DNA of 64,000 bases from NCBI GenBank assembly GCA_003552525.1, contig PUNF01000036.1, positions 6,552-70,551 of the forward strand. The letters run 5' to 3'. The stretch comes from Clostridia bacterium (GTDB lineage: Bacteria; Bacillota; Sulfobacillia; SLMV01). Each line of letters begins with the position of its first letter. Within the stretch, counting starts at the first letter, position 1. A program made the position numbers and the translations under genes. The notes beneath the pieces were generated by a model. That model was not told the DNA's origin, searched no databases, and saw only the letters and a list, made by a program, of their open reading frames with translations. Positions 32,522 to 45,411 of the stretch are shown one piece after another.

Positions 32522-32977
32522 TTACGGTAATCCCACCAGGTTTCTCGCCTGTCGCTGAGAAGACTCCCTGGCCTCCTCGCGCAACCACCGGTTAAGCAGG
32601 TACACTCCCACCGCCAGATAGGGGCCGGCGAGCACGTAATGATAGGCGGTCACCGGCGGGAGATCGAAGGCCCAAGGGGCGACCGTCAGCGTTTCGAGCC
32701 ACCGTTGGGCAACCGAGATCGGGAAGGCAAAACGCAGGAACGTCAGGTAATCCTCGAGCAGGTACATCGAGATCCGCGCCCATTCGCGTTGGCCGGGCCA
32801 GAGAAAAAAGTACACCGTATCTCCCACGGCTTTTCCGATCATGAAAAAGAGAAAGAAACGGAGGAAGTGGGGGAAAGCGGGAAATAGCCCATCCAGCAAC
32901 CACATTCCAAACTGCAAGGTCGCCAGTACGACGGCACCCAAGAGGGTGAAGCGCCTCTTGGCATCCAAGAAAATCAA
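32522..32977 (-). CDS. Small hypothetical integral membrane protein (about 4 TM), last gene of module A operon
   Basis: 151 aa, hydrophobic segments rich in aromatic residues (F, W, Y), no recognisable family. Its start is 5 nt after the module-A partner stop. Confidence 0.45.
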   Translation of the reverse strand: MIFLDAKRRFTLLGAVVLATLQFGMWLLDGLFPAFPHFLRFFLFFMIGKAVGDTVYFFLWPGQREWARISMYLLEDYLTFLRFAFPISVAQRWLETLTVAPWAFDLPPVTAYHYVLAGPYLAVGVYLLNRWLREEARESSQRQARNLVGLP

Positions 32978-32982
32978 CCTCT

Positions 32983-34251
32983 CTACGATGCGTTGGATGT
33001 CCTACATAACTCGACATTTGCCAGGGGGATCGTCTCTACCCTGTCATCCGCGTGACGGCGAACCCGCACGGAATCCAGCAGCATACCGGAGGGGTAGCGG
33101 ACGGTCCCCACGTGCTCCTGCACGGTGGCCATCTGTCCAAGCGCGTCGACACCGAGCAGGCGGACGTGGTCACCCGGTTGCGGCACCCCGGGCTCCACCG
33201 CGATGCGGGGAATATCTGCCCCAAAAACCCCGGGGAAGAGCAATTCGGCATCTCCATCACGCAGGATGGTGATCGATACCATGGCACCGTCGAAGGTCTC
33301 CAGACCCTGCACGAAGACCCGGGGAAGCGGTCGTCTTCCGAATCCGGCCAGCAATACCAGCCCGAATCCCGGATCCGTTTCCAGCGTCTCGGACATGTCC
33401 CTCCAATCCAATCCGCCAGCCACCAGTCCCGCCACACCCATGTCCAGGGCGCGGCGGCTCGTATCGGCGGTGGGCGTGCCGGTCAAGGCAACCACGGTAC
33501 CCGGTTCGACCGCGGCCAGGTCGGCGGTCTCGGTCACTACCTTGAGGCGCCCGGTTGCCTCACCCCCGGAACCGTATACACCCCGCATGACCCCCACTTC
33601 ACCGTGCACGACGGCACCCCTGGCATCCACGAGCGACTCCACCGTACCCGCCACCTGGGCATGCACGGTGTGCTCCTCCACGTTTCTTGCGATGATAATG
33701 CTACCGGTGGCCCGATCGAACCGCTCCACCGTGCCCCCGAAGGGCGTGTACGCGTAGTTGGCGCCGTCCACCCCGGGGGCCGCCGCAAGGATTTGGCCTT
33801 CTTCTATCTCGTCCCCCTCGCGGACGCGGACGTGCATCCAGGCCACGGCCGGCCACACCTTGAGTGCCTCCACGATATTGATCGACTGCCGCGCCCGTTC
33901 ACTGCCGGGTTCTTCCCTGAGGTATACGCGCCCACGGGAGCGGGACAAGTACTCGACGAGTCCATCGATGGGACTCGTGACCTCAAAGGGCGCAACGGGA
34001 CCGCGCGCAACGCGGTCACCCGCGCGCAAACGGTCGCCTACATTGACCTCGATCCGCGTTTCATCGGAAGCGCGAAGATCGGGTCCTATATCGATGACAT
34101 AAGGGCTGCCGGTCAACAGGCGGGCGCGAGCAATGGGCGTCTCCGGGGCTACAACATCCCCGGGCTCGACGAGGACCTCCCCCGGGAGGCGAAGTGCACG
34201 AGTCTTGCGGATCCGGCGATTCTCGATCATGGGTGAACCCCTACTGGACAT
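32983..34251 (-). CDS. Module A partner protein: N-terminal lipoyl/biotinyl-like hybrid-barrel domain plus an uncharacterised C-terminal alpha/beta domain; paralog of 44262..45410
   Basis: 422 aa. N-terminal ...GEVLVEPGDVVAPETPIARA... and ...VNVGDRLRAGDRVA... resemble barrel-sandwich hybrid motifs, but no lipoyl or biotinyl Lys context is present. The C-terminal GVAGLVAGGLDW ... LVLLAGFGRRPLP is paralogous to GVVGLVSGGIVD ... LTLIITEGFGPM in the module B partner. Start overlaps the upstream ATPase stop. Confidence 0.55.
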   Translation of the reverse strand: MSSRGSPMIENRRIRKTRALRLPGEVLVEPGDVVAPETPIARARLLTGSPYVIDIGPDLRASDETRIEVNVGDRLRAGDRVARGPVAPFEVTSPIDGLVEYLSRSRGRVYLREEPGSERARQSINIVEALKVWPAVAWMHVRVREGDEIEEGQILAAAPGVDGANYAYTPFGGTVERFDRATGSIIIARNVEEHTVHAQVAGTVESLVDARGAVVHGEVGVMRGVYGSGGEATGRLKVVTETADLAAVEPGTVVALTGTPTADTSRRALDMGVAGLVAGGLDWRDMSETLETDPGFGLVLLAGFGRRPLPRVFVQGLETFDGAMVSITILRDGDAELLFPGVFGADIPRIAVEPGVPQPGDHVRLLGVDALGQMATVQEHVGTVRYPSGMLLDSVRVRRHADDRVETIPLANVELCRTSNAS

Positions 34252-36070
34252 CTGAACGCGCCTCCTCTTCCGAAGTTAAGCCCATCGCGGCTCTCCAGCG
34301 TGCCGAGGTGGCGGGTCCGGCGGCATCCGGACCCGATGGCTGCAGCGGTCGACCCCGTGCATCGATGATCAGGCCGACTTCGCCGCCCCGTATGGTGGCA
34401 GACACGCGCTTGCCGGGTCCATCCCCGAGGTCGTAATTGCGTCGCGGGATGACATCGATGTCCATCGTCCTGTCGGTGGCCAGCGGGATTACTTCGAGCT
34501 CTCCCGCCCTGAGAAGGCGCGAGTATCGCTCCCCGTCGGCGGCCGTCAGGTACATCTCGGCAATGGGTGTGCGATGTCGGCCCCAGGGTTCTCCGGTCGG
34601 GGCCACCACGGTGGCGAGGGGGAGTAACCAGCGCGTGAAGAAGGCATCGGCCAGGTCGGGGGCGTGCTCCATGACGGATCCCACCTGTGCCAGGAGTCCC
34701 TCCCGATCGACGTACAGCCGACTAATGCCGGCGGGCTGAATTCCGTCGAGTAGCAGGAGTGCTGCCTCCGCGGGCGATGGCGTGATCCCCAGGATGCTGC
34801 CGGTACCGACGATGACGTCGAGTGCGGTGGCCTCCACGAGCGGCTGTCCCGTCTTCGTTTGTTCGAAGGTATCGTCAAAGGTGCGATATTGCTTGATCCC
34901 ACGAAGCCCCACGACCAGCTCGCGATGCTCTTCAAAAGCGATGCGCAGGCTCTCCCGCGCCAGACTGTGGAGCAAGTCCAAATCGCGTGCGGTTTCTGGA
35001 ACCGTGCCCGGCCGCAGCGTCCGATTGATTGCCCAGTTTTCCACCAGGCGGCGGTCCACCGGATGGTGCAGCCATCGCGACACGCCCTCCACCCCGACCC
35101 GATCCAGGACGCCTGACGCACTGTACCCCACGCCGAGATCACCACTGACGGAGCGGTTGTAGCGTTCACGGATGATACTGAATACGTCCACGGTGGCCGA
35201 ACCCATGTCCACACCGAGCACATTGACCCCGTATCGGGTGGCCATCGCCCGCAGGATTCTCCCGGTCGCGGCGGGAGTAGGCTCGAGCATCCCCCCGGTG
35301 TGATAAAGGAGATCGGCGTAACCGGGCGTACGCCGGGCAACGTGCTCGAGGTATAAATCCGAGATCGTTTTTCGGACCGGCTCCAGGCTTTCTTCTTCCA
35401 GGCTGGGACGCAAGTTCTCGACCACGTGTACTTCTCCGACGGAGCCTAACAAAGAGGCTACCGGTTGCCGGGCCTGCACGTTGCCGGCAAAAATGATGGG
35501 TATCCCGTCGCCATCACCGAGCCGGGGTTTTGGCCCGGCGGCCACCAGGTACTCCGCCAGTCCCACGACATGTTCCACGGTACCCGTATCGGTCCCCCCG
35601 GCCATCAGGATCATATCCGCCTCTGCGTTGCGGATGATGTCGAGACGCTCCGATAGTGTTCGACCATCATCCGTGGCCACGACCGCTGAGACCGTAGCGC
35701 CCGCTCCGAGTGCTGCCCTCTCGGCACTCTCCGCTGTCATCATCCGTACCAGGCCCAGGCACAGCAGGCGCATTCCGCCGGCCGCACTGCTCGTTGCCAC
35801 CAGGATGTCGGCCCCGCGATCATCCACGGCCCCGGTGAGGAGGGGCTGATCGTCTTCAACCAGTACGCGGCCCGTCTTGGCCTCCAACTCCCCGAGGGCC
35901 GAAACGAGGCCCGGCATCACGGTGTCACCCTCCGCACTCCACGTCGTAGCCGCCCGACCCACGCCGACCAGGGAGTACCCGGTCGCGTCACAGGCGAAGA
36001 GGGCCACCTTGGTGCTGGCGGAACCGATGTCCGCTGTTAGGATCGTGCGGGTTTCCTCGTGCTCAGCCAA
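34241..36070 (-). CDS. Module A EutA/MutL/DdrA-type ASKHA ATPase (B12-enzyme reactivase-like family), 609 aa
   Basis: N-terminal phosphate-1 motif ILTADIGSASTKVALF (compare EutA GIDIGTTTTQVIF and DdrA IAGIDIGNSSTEVALA). MTAESAERAALGAGA, GGTDTGTVEHVVGLAEYL and a second-lobe LGVDMGSATVDVF align with the diol-dehydratase-reactivase alpha / EutA pattern. ATG start preceded by GGGGAGG. Confidence 0.7.
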   Translation of the reverse strand: MAEHEETRTILTADIGSASTKVALFACDATGYSLVGVGRAATTWSAEGDTVMPGLVSALGELEAKTGRVLVEDDQPLLTGAVDDRGADILVATSSAAGGMRLLCLGLVRMMTAESAERAALGAGATVSAVVATDDGRTLSERLDIIRNAEADMILMAGGTDTGTVEHVVGLAEYLVAAGPKPRLGDGDGIPIIFAGNVQARQPVASLLGSVGEVHVVENLRPSLEEESLEPVRKTISDLYLEHVARRTPGYADLLYHTGGMLEPTPAATGRILRAMATRYGVNVLGVDMGSATVDVFSIIRERYNRSVSGDLGVGYSASGVLDRVGVEGVSRWLHHPVDRRLVENWAINRTLRPGTVPETARDLDLLHSLARESLRIAFEEHRELVVGLRGIKQYRTFDDTFEQTKTGQPLVEATALDVIVGTGSILGITPSPAEAALLLLDGIQPAGISRLYVDREGLLAQVGSVMEHAPDLADAFFTRWLLPLATVVAPTGEPWGRHRTPIAEMYLTAADGERYSRLLRAGELEVIPLATDRTMDIDVIPRRNYDLGDGPGKRVSATIRGGEVGLIIDARGRPLQPSGPDAAGPATSARWRAAMGLTSEEEARSDVQ

Positions 36071-36199
36071 GCCGGTACCTCCCCGCTAACCGGAAACGGC
36101 AACCGAATTTGTTGCTCTCCCTTCTTTCGTTTCGGGGCAAATGATTCCCTGCATGGATCTTAATCCGGAGGGAATGGCTGTCGAATGGATGAATCGCAA

Positions 36200-36225
36200 A
36201 CACCCCTCCCGCCGGGGAGGGGTGT
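36200..36225 (-). terminator. Rho-independent terminator after guaB
   Basis: Perfect 10-bp stem ACACCCCTCC / GGAGGGGTGT with loop CGCCGG, 25 nt after the guaB stop, followed on the minus strand by GUUUGCGAUU. Confidence 0.5.
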
Positions 36226-36250
36226 GCAGGATGGAGTCAAGTCCCGTGAC

Positions 36251-39228
<2,978 letters not shown>

Positions 39229-39239
<11 letters not shown>

Positions 39240-39771
39240 CGATGGTCGCCTCGTCCCCGTCGGGAGCCTCGCGAGTGGTCCGCTGCACAACGCGGGCGGG
39301 GACACCGGCTACGAAGGCGCCGGCGGGAACATCGGCGGTGACGACGGCTCCCGCCCCCACGACGGCACCGGCACCCACGGTGACGCCGGCGAGCACGGTC
39401 GCGTTCGCACCGATCATCGCACGGGGCCCGATGATCGTGGGGCCGATACGGTACTCGTCCACGAGGAACTCGTGCGCGAGGATCGTCGCGTTGTAGCCCA
39501 ACATGCAGTTGTCGCCCAGGGTAATGAGCTCCGGCCAAAATACGTCCATCATGGCAGCCAGGCCACAAGCCACGTCACGGCCGACGGTCATACCACGCCA
39601 ACGATACAGCGCGTTCTTCCAGGAGAACACCGGTAGATAACGGGCCAGGGTAATGGCCAAAAAATTGAGAATAACCCGATGCATGGGCACGGCACGAAAA
39701 CAAGCATGCAACGAGTTGCGTTCCCCCTCGACGGGGAAAACCTGTAGTCGCCGACCAGGCCCGTTGCTCAT
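39229..39771 (-). CDS. Hexapeptide-repeat (left-handed beta-helix) acyl/acetyltransferase
   Basis: Repeats IGANATVLAGVTVGAGAVVGAGAVV; 180 aa. ATG forms an ATGA overlap with the tsaD stop. Confidence 0.6.
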
Positions 39772-40808
39772 AAATGGATCTCCCCTCCACCGCGCACGCC
39801 CAGGGCAGGATCAACATCGATGTCCCAACGATCGCTCCCATGCTCCCGATACCTTCGATAACCGGCGGCCGCCACCATCGCGGCATTGTCGGTACAATAA
39901 TGGATCGGGGGAATATGCAGGGTGTAGCCGCGGGAGCGGGTCTCCGCCTCCAGGCGCTGGCGCAAATGGCTGTTCGCCGCAACCCCGCCGGCCGCGATTA
40001 CACGATTTGCCCCGGTCTGTTCGGCCGCAAGCATGGTCTTGTGCACCAGGACATCGACCGCGGCCTCCTGAAAAGACGCTGCCAGCTGCGCCGCCGATCG
40101 CTGATCGGTAACCTCGCGGGCGGACAGCGCCACGGCGGTCTTTAACCCGCTGAAGCTGAAGTCGAGATCCCCCGAGGACAGCATCGGCCGGGGGAGGTCG
40201 ACCCGGCCACCGGTGTATCCGGACGCCATCCGGTCGATAATGGGACCACCGGGGAAACCGAGTCCCAGGATACGGGCGACCTTGTCGAAGGCTTCTCCCG
40301 CGGCATCATCCCGGGTTCCCCCCAGGTGACGCGCCGTGCCCTCCGAATAGTGGAGGAGATCGGTATGCCCGCCCGATACGATCAGGCAGACCGAGGGAGA
40401 CGGCAACGTCGCCGAGCCGGAATCGAGGGCGGCCGCCCAAAGATGTGCTGCCACGTGATTCACACCCACGAGGGGCAATTCCCGTCCCCGGGCCAGGCCC
40501 TTGGCCGCCATGAAACCCACAAGCAGAGACCCCACCAGACCGGGTCCCCGGGTTACCGCGACCAACCCGATATCGGCGAGGGTAACACCTGCCTCGGAGA
40601 GGGCAGCATCGATGACCGGAAGGATGTTTTCGCTGTGCCGCCGAGAAGCCAGTTCCGGGACGACACCCCCGTGCACCTTGTGGACGGATTCCTGTGAACC
40701 GACGATATTGGCGTGCACGCACATGTCCGCATCCACCACAGCGGCCGCGGTGTCGTCACAGGAGGTTTCGATGCCGAGAATCCGAAAACGGCCATCCATC
40801 CGATTCAT
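39768..40808 (-). CDS. tsaD: tRNA N6-adenosine threonylcarbamoyltransferase (Kae1/TsaD)
   Basis: RILGIETSCDDTAAAVV ... HxxAH metal-binding motif (VNHVAAHL); 346 aa. Confidence 0.9.
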   Translation of the reverse strand: MNRMDGRFRILGIETSCDDTAAAVVDADMCVHANIVGSQESVHKVHGGVVPELASRRHSENILPVIDAALSEAGVTLADIGLVAVTRGPGLVGSLLVGFMAAKGLARGRELPLVGVNHVAAHLWAAALDSGSATLPSPSVCLIVSGGHTDLLHYSEGTARHLGGTRDDAAGEAFDKVARILGLGFPGGPIIDRMASGYTGGRVDLPRPMLSSGDLDFSFSGLKTAVALSAREVTDQRSAAQLAASFQEAAVDVLVHKTMLAAEQTGANRVIAAGGVAANSHLRQRLEAETRSRGYTLHIPPIHYCTDNAAMVAAAGYRRYREHGSDRWDIDVDPALGVRGGGEIHL

Positions 40809-41314
40809 TCACCCTTTCTTCTCAGCACTAGCCCGATATCTGCACAACACATCAGCACGGCGTCCTCTCCCGTGTCGGTGTAGTAGCCGGGCTTGATCTT
40901 GACTTCCTCGAAACCGTAGCGCCCGTAAAACGATCGCGCAAGAGCGTTGGAGACCCGCACCTCGAGCGTCATCCGCCGGAGCCCGTGCGCCAGGGCGCGC
41001 GCCATCAGCGCCAGCAGCAGGTGCGCACCGAGACCCCTCCCCCGGTGATCGGGATCGACGGCGATATTCGTGACGTGTGCTTCCATGAGGAAGAGCCACA
41101 TCCCGGCATAACCGAGGATTTCGCCCGCGCACGTGACCACGATGTAGTCGGCCGAGATGTTTCGGGTGATCTCGGATCGGAAGGCACGCTCCGACCATGG
41201 CGATGCGAATGATCGGCGTTCGATCTCCAATACCCGCGGGATGTCGTCGACCGCCATCGCCCGGACCCGGCGCTCACCATCTTCGCATCGGAGCGCGTCA
41301 TCTTCACGAGGCAT
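40805..41314 (-). CDS. rimI: Ribosomal-protein-alanine N-acetyltransferase (GNAT)
   Basis: GNAT motif A (VDPDHRGRGLGAHLL). Start re-placed at the verified ATG 41314, overlapping tsaB by 11 nt; the 134-codon ORF-track extension is rejected. Confidence 0.75.
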   Translation of the reverse strand: MPREDDALRCEDGERRVRAMAVDDIPRVLEIERRSFASPWSERAFRSEITRNISADYIVVTCAGEILGYAGMWLFLMEAHVTNIAVDPDHRGRGLGAHLLLALMARALAHGLRRMTLEVRVSNALARSFYGRYGFEEVKIKPGYYTDTGEDAVLMCCADIGLVLRRKGE

Positions 41315-42035
41315 CAAGGGGATCACCTTCCGGGTTGCGTCGCTTGACTTGCGTCTGGCGATAGTAGCGTGGAACGAGCAAGATGGGGTCACCACCGGCG
41401 CCTTTACCGAGCGCACGTTCTCCGAGGTATGCCACGGCTGCCGGCGAGACCATGAATCCGGACACCACGCCCGCCCAATCGCACCCACTCTCGGTATCCT
41501 CGATGGGTTCATCGGATAGCCACAGGCAGTCCGACGGCGGAACGCACATCGATTGGATCGTCTCCGCGGGGGTGCGGCGTGCCGGGGGCAGGATTTCCTC
41601 GGGCCACCAAAAACCCTCCGGCTCCATCTCGTCTTGACGCTTCTGCGGCCGCCCATAGGCGGCGGTAAAGAAGGCCCCACGGCGGGCACCGATGGCGGAC
41701 ACCACGTAAGGGGCACTGGGCAATGGCAGTGAAATGGCCAATGCGCAAAGGGTATCTACTCCGACGGCGGGAACGCCGAGGCTCCTTGCCAACCCGGCCC
41801 CGAAGGCACATCCGATCCGAATACCGGTGAAGGATCCCGGGCCGTGGGACACGGCAACCAGATCCAAATCACCAAGGGCGAGATCACAGGCATCCAGTAA
41901 CCGTTCAACAAGTCCGGGTAGCAGGGATGAACCCCGCGCTCCCGCCCGGATCATGGTGGTCGCGAGGGTAATCCCTTCGTATCTGAGCGCCGCGCCAACG
42001 CCGCGCGTCGACGTCTCGATTCCGACTACGAACAC
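41304..42035 (-). CDS. tsaB: tRNA threonylcarbamoyladenosine biosynthesis protein TsaB (YeaZ)
   Basis: VFVVGIETSTRGVGAAL; inactive Kae1 homologue, about 244 aa. GTG start at 42035, preceded by GAGAGGAAA. Confidence 0.8.
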   Translation of the reverse strand: MFVVGIETSTRGVGAALRYEGITLATTMIRAGARGSSLLPGLVERLLDACDLALGDLDLVAVSHGPGSFTGIRIGCAFGAGLARSLGVPAVGVDTLCALAISLPLPSAPYVVSAIGARRGAFFTAAYGRPQKRQDEMEPEGFWWPEEILPPARRTPAETIQSMCVPPSDCLWLSDEPIEDTESGCDWAGVVSGFMVSPAAVAYLGERALGKGAGGDPILLVPRYYRQTQVKRRNPEGDPLDAS

Positions 42036-42514
42036 GGTCTTGTTTCCTCTCGCGGTAGGATGCAGGTGCCGAGGCCAAACGCCCGGATCCGTATCTCGCG
42101 CCCCGAAACGGATCCCCCGGGGATCGCGATATGAATATCCACACGATCCACGATATCCCTCTCCAACGGGAGGCGATCCGCCCACTCGACGATCGCCACG
42201 GACCGATCGGAAAGCAAGCGATCCCAGGGTAAATCGTCACTTGCCTCCTCCGGGGACAGCCGGTACAGGTCGACGTGGTATATCGGGAAATGGCCGGTGT
42301 GCTCCCACACCAGGGTGAACGTGGGACTGCGATGGGGACCCGGTACACCGGCACCCTCGAGCATCCCGGACGCGAGCACGGTCTTCCCCGCTCCCAGGGG
42401 CCCCGACAAACCGACGAATATCCCCGTCTTCAGGCGCTGGCCAATGCGACGACCCAACGCACGCGTTTCACCTTCACCGTTTGTCTGTACCCGCAGGCAG
42501 TGCGTCGCACTCAT
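42026..42514 (-). CDS. tsaE: tRNA threonylcarbamoyladenosine biosynthesis ATPase TsaE (YjeE)
   Basis: P-loop GLSGPLGAGKTVLASG; 163 aa after re-placing the start at the verified ATG 42514. Confidence 0.8.
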   Translation of the reverse strand: MSATHCLRVQTNGEGETRALGRRIGQRLKTGIFVGLSGPLGAGKTVLASGMLEGAGVPGPHRSPTFTLVWEHTGHFPIYHVDLYRLSPEEASDDLPWDRLLSDRSVAIVEWADRLPLERDIVDRVDIHIAIPGGSVSGREIRIRAFGLGTCILPREETRPCS

Positions 42515-43143
42515 GAGGGAACCTCGTAACCCGCTGCCTCTAGAACCATCTTGATATCTTCCCAAACCGGCGCTTTCTTCCTGGGGTCGCGAAGAAGGGC
42601 GGCCGGGTGGAAGGTCGGCATTACCCGGATCCCGTTCCATTCCTGCCAGGTCCCGCGCATCCGCGTAATACGCGCATCGGCATCGATCAGGCCCTGTGTT
42701 GCCGCTGCTCCCATGGACACGAGGATTTTCGGCCGGATCAGCCGCATCTGTGTCCGGAGATAGGGCATACACCGATCCCTCTCGAATTCGCTCGGCGTCC
42801 GGTTTTCCGGGGGGCGACATTTCACGATGTTGGTGATGTAAACCAGGTTCCTCTGTAGACCGGCAGCCGCGATGATTCGATCCAGAAGCTTCCCCGCTCG
42901 ACCGACAAATGGCCTCCCCAGCCGATCCTCGTCGGCCCCGGGGGCCTCCCCCACGAACACCAGGTCTGCATCGGGCTTGCCCTCACCGAACACCACGCCC
43001 TTACAGGTTGCACGCAGGTGACAACGCCGACAATCGAGCGCAACCTCCCGCAGCGCATCGATGGTATCGAGGTCGTCCAAGAGGCGAGACTGACCGGAAT
43101 CGGCATGGGCGCCCATCGCATCTTTGGCGCCGGGGCGCAGCAT
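42511..43143 (-). CDS. udg: Uracil-DNA glycosylase, family 4 (UdgA-type, Fe-S)
   Basis: CRRCHL ... [35 protein letters not shown] matches family 4 UDG motifs. Start placed at the verified ATG 43143; the upstream 168 codons of the ORF track are rejected. Confidence 0.75.
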   Translation of the reverse strand: MLRPGAKDAMGAHADSGQSRLLDDLDTIDALREVALDCRRCHLRATCKGVVFGEGKPDADLVFVGEAPGADEDRLGRPFVGRAGKLLDRIIAAAGLQRNLVYITNIVKCRPPENRTPSEFERDRCMPYLRTQMRLIRPKILVSMGAAATQGLIDADARITRMRGTWQEWNGIRVMPTFHPAALLRDPRKKAPVWEDIKMVLEAAGYEVPS

Positions 43144-43204
43144 CTCCGCCTTCGACTCGTCGTGCTCTCGTGCGAAATCGAGTCCCTGTTGTTGAAACTG
43201 CTCC

Positions 43205-44137
43205 TCATCCCTCGGGCGCATTCCGCCTGGCCTCCTCCATTCGCTTGAGCATTTCTTCCTGCCTTTTGCGCATGGTTTCACGATACGCAGCCACATATTG
43301 CATGTTCTCGTGTTGATGACACCGGACGCGCGCCCCGAGCCCCTCCCGTAGTTGTTCGACGCTCTCGAGAATCCGATCTCCAAGGGACTGGGCTTCGGGA
43401 CAATCGGGGCGACAAGGGTAGAAATACAGGGCAAAGTACGCCGAAGTGGATTCGGGGTAACCCATCTCCTCCAGTTGCTCCGAGGCCCGTTCACCGGAGT
43501 CCAGCCCGCGCTCCGCCTCCCGGATATATGCCTCGACGCAACACGCGGGATAACCCAGGATGATGCCGACGGCATCGAGGTATAGCGGGGACATCTCTTC
43601 CGGCAAGAACACGGCGCTGATGTCCCGGTTTTGCTGCGCATCCTCACGAATGCGGTCTCGCATGCTCATCACCCGGCTGATCCGATCCATCGTCTCTTCT
43701 TCTCGGGCAATATATAGGTCGTCGAGGCTTGGGCGCAGGTCCTTTTGATACGTATCGAGCCGCAACCTTTCCGCCCACTCGCGGTGTGCACGATACTCCG
43801 GATGCTCATATACCACATCCGTGAAAGCGGATCGGACGAGACCGGCTCGAAAGATCAGCGGAGTGCTCAAAAGTTTCTGTAGGTTAAGGCGCGTTCGGTC
43901 CACAAAACCCAACAGGCCGCGCCTGCCACCGCCGGAATAAAACTTCCTCGCGTAATCCGCATCGATGGCTTCTCGAATCGCTTCTCCCGATGGGAACTCA
44001 GCGGGAACCATTAAAGAAGCCGCAGGACGTATCCCGGTCAACACCGGGAGATAATCCTCCAGCTTCACCCGCTCCCCAATGCGCGTATCCGCGAGAAAGG
44101 CCTCGAGGGTCGATTCTCTCATGTTCATGCGCGCCAC
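43205..44137 (-). CDS. Hypothetical Cys-rich protein (GYPACC / YPCRPDCPEA motifs; DUF483-like)
   Basis: 310 aa, soluble, with conserved Cys clusters CC...C...C suggestive of a metal site. Sits 124 nt downstream of the module B partner. Confidence 0.45.
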   Translation of the reverse strand: MARMNMRESTLEAFLADTRIGERVKLEDYLPVLTGIRPAASLMVPAEFPSGEAIREAIDADYARKFYSGGGRRGLLGFVDRTRLNLQKLLSTPLIFRAGLVRSAFTDVVYEHPEYRAHREWAERLRLDTYQKDLRPSLDDLYIAREEETMDRISRVMSMRDRIREDAQQNRDISAVFLPEEMSPLYLDAVGIILGYPACCVEAYIREAERGLDSGERASEQLEEMGYPESTSAYFALYFYPCRPDCPEAQSLGDRILESVEQLREGLGARVRCHQHENMQYVAAYRETMRKRQEEMLKRMEEARRNAPEG

Positions 44138-44261
44138 TCCCGTCCGTCTACTTCTTAGACCTCATTCAACCGGCGTCCGTGGCAATCCTGCCCCAAGACC
44201 ACGAACCCAGGCCACGAAAAAGGGGGCCCGAAGGCCCCCTGGTCGCGACGTCGCTGCATCA

Positions 44262-45410
44262 CTAGCCCTCGATAATCTCCACATTTGCACGAGGCACCAT
44301 GACTTCGGTGCCGTCAGCAAGCCTGGCATTGAGCACGCGCACCCGGGTCTCGCTCTCGACAACCTGCAGCTCCGGGGGAAGCCCGGTGACCTCCGCGAGG
44401 GCGCCAAAATAAGGATCACGGATGATCCGGATGGGTGTTCCGACACCCAGGCCGCCACTTTCGTCCTCGTCCTCGGTATCCACATCCTCGGGGGCATCCC
44501 GCAATTGCTCGAGCATGCTGGCGTCCGGGCTAATGATCTCCGGCCGCATCACCCCTGCACGAATCTGCGTCGCACCGTTGAGGGAGGCCTCCTGCCCTTC
44601 CAGTTCTTGGAGGAGCTCGAACGTCTTATCCGCGATGCGCATCGGGCCGAAACCCTCGGTGATGATGAGCGTCAGCGGAATGTCCTCGTGTCCGGTAATG
44701 GCCACGCCGATATCATAGCCCAGGTAATCGATGAGATCGGCGTCCACGATACCACCCGAAACGAGACCGACCACGCCGACTTCCTCGGCGCGACGGAGAA
44801 TTCCGGCCGTGGCCACGCTGCCAACGACGACGATCTTACCCTCACAGCTGGCATCGAGCGCCGACGGCTCTATCCTTTCGTCGGGCGAAGATGCGACAAC
44901 CTTGATCGCGCCACGACGCTCGCCGCCGATACCGAAGATACCCTGGATGAAAGCCCCGGCGGTTTCGACGACCACGCCCTCCTCGGGCAAAACCCGGCGG
45001 ACGATTCCCTCCACGTAGGCCTCTACATCCAGTGGCGTCGGGGGCTCTCGCAATACCATCTGTCCACTGACATCGGAGATCATCTCGACGGTACCATCCA
45101 CTGGCGACATCTGCTCCGACTTGAATAGGCCGAAAAAGGATATCTTGCGCGCGATGACCTGCCCTTTCTCGACGGTCTCGCCCTCTTTCACCGTCACCAC
45201 GTCCGGCAGCTCGTAGGGTTCCACCGTTAACAGCTGCGAGATATTTACGCTAACGGGATCACCGGGAATCTCGGTCTTGGCGACGACGTCATGGGGCTGC
45301 ACCATGTCCCCGACTTCGACCGTCACCTCGCCTTTAATGGGAAGGCGGCGCGTCTTGCGAACGACCTCCCGGTTACTCACCTTCAGCCCCGGAGTATACG
45401 CATGAGCCAT
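44262..45410 (-). CDS. Module B partner protein: lipoyl/biotinyl-like N-terminal barrel plus an alpha/beta domain; paralog of 32983..34251
   Basis: 382 aa. N-terminal KGEVTVEVGDMVQPHDVVAKTEIPGD and VKEGETVEKGQVIA ... SPVDGTVEMISDVSGQMV are hybrid-barrel motifs. C-terminal KIVVVGSVATAGILRRAEEVGVVGLVSGGIVD ... LTLIITEGFGPM, plus an acidic EDVDTEDEDESGG linker. Its start abuts the upstream ATPase stop. Confidence 0.55.
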   Translation of the reverse strand: MAHAYTPGLKVSNREVVRKTRRLPIKGEVTVEVGDMVQPHDVVAKTEIPGDPVSVNISQLLTVEPYELPDVVTVKEGETVEKGQVIARKISFFGLFKSEQMSPVDGTVEMISDVSGQMVLREPPTPLDVEAYVEGIVRRVLPEEGVVVETAGAFIQGIFGIGGERRGAIKVVASSPDERIEPSALDASCEGKIVVVGSVATAGILRRAEEVGVVGLVSGGIVDADLIDYLGYDIGVAITGHEDIPLTLIITEGFGPMRIADKTFELLQELEGQEASLNGATQIRAGVMRPEIISPDASMLEQLRDAPEDVDTEDEDESGGLGVGTPIRIIRDPYFGALAEVTGLPPELQVVESETRVRVLNARLADGTEVMVPRANVEIIEG

Positions 45411-45411
45411 T

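Noticed and set aside
40805-43647. Very long ORF-track versions of rimI (303 aa), tsaE (264 aa), tsaB (293 aa) and udg (378 aa)
   Set aside because: The homologous families are 150-250 aa. The extensions are Arg-rich and non-conserved, and overlap the preceding gene. Internal starts with an RBS and 4-11 nt overlaps fit the homologues.
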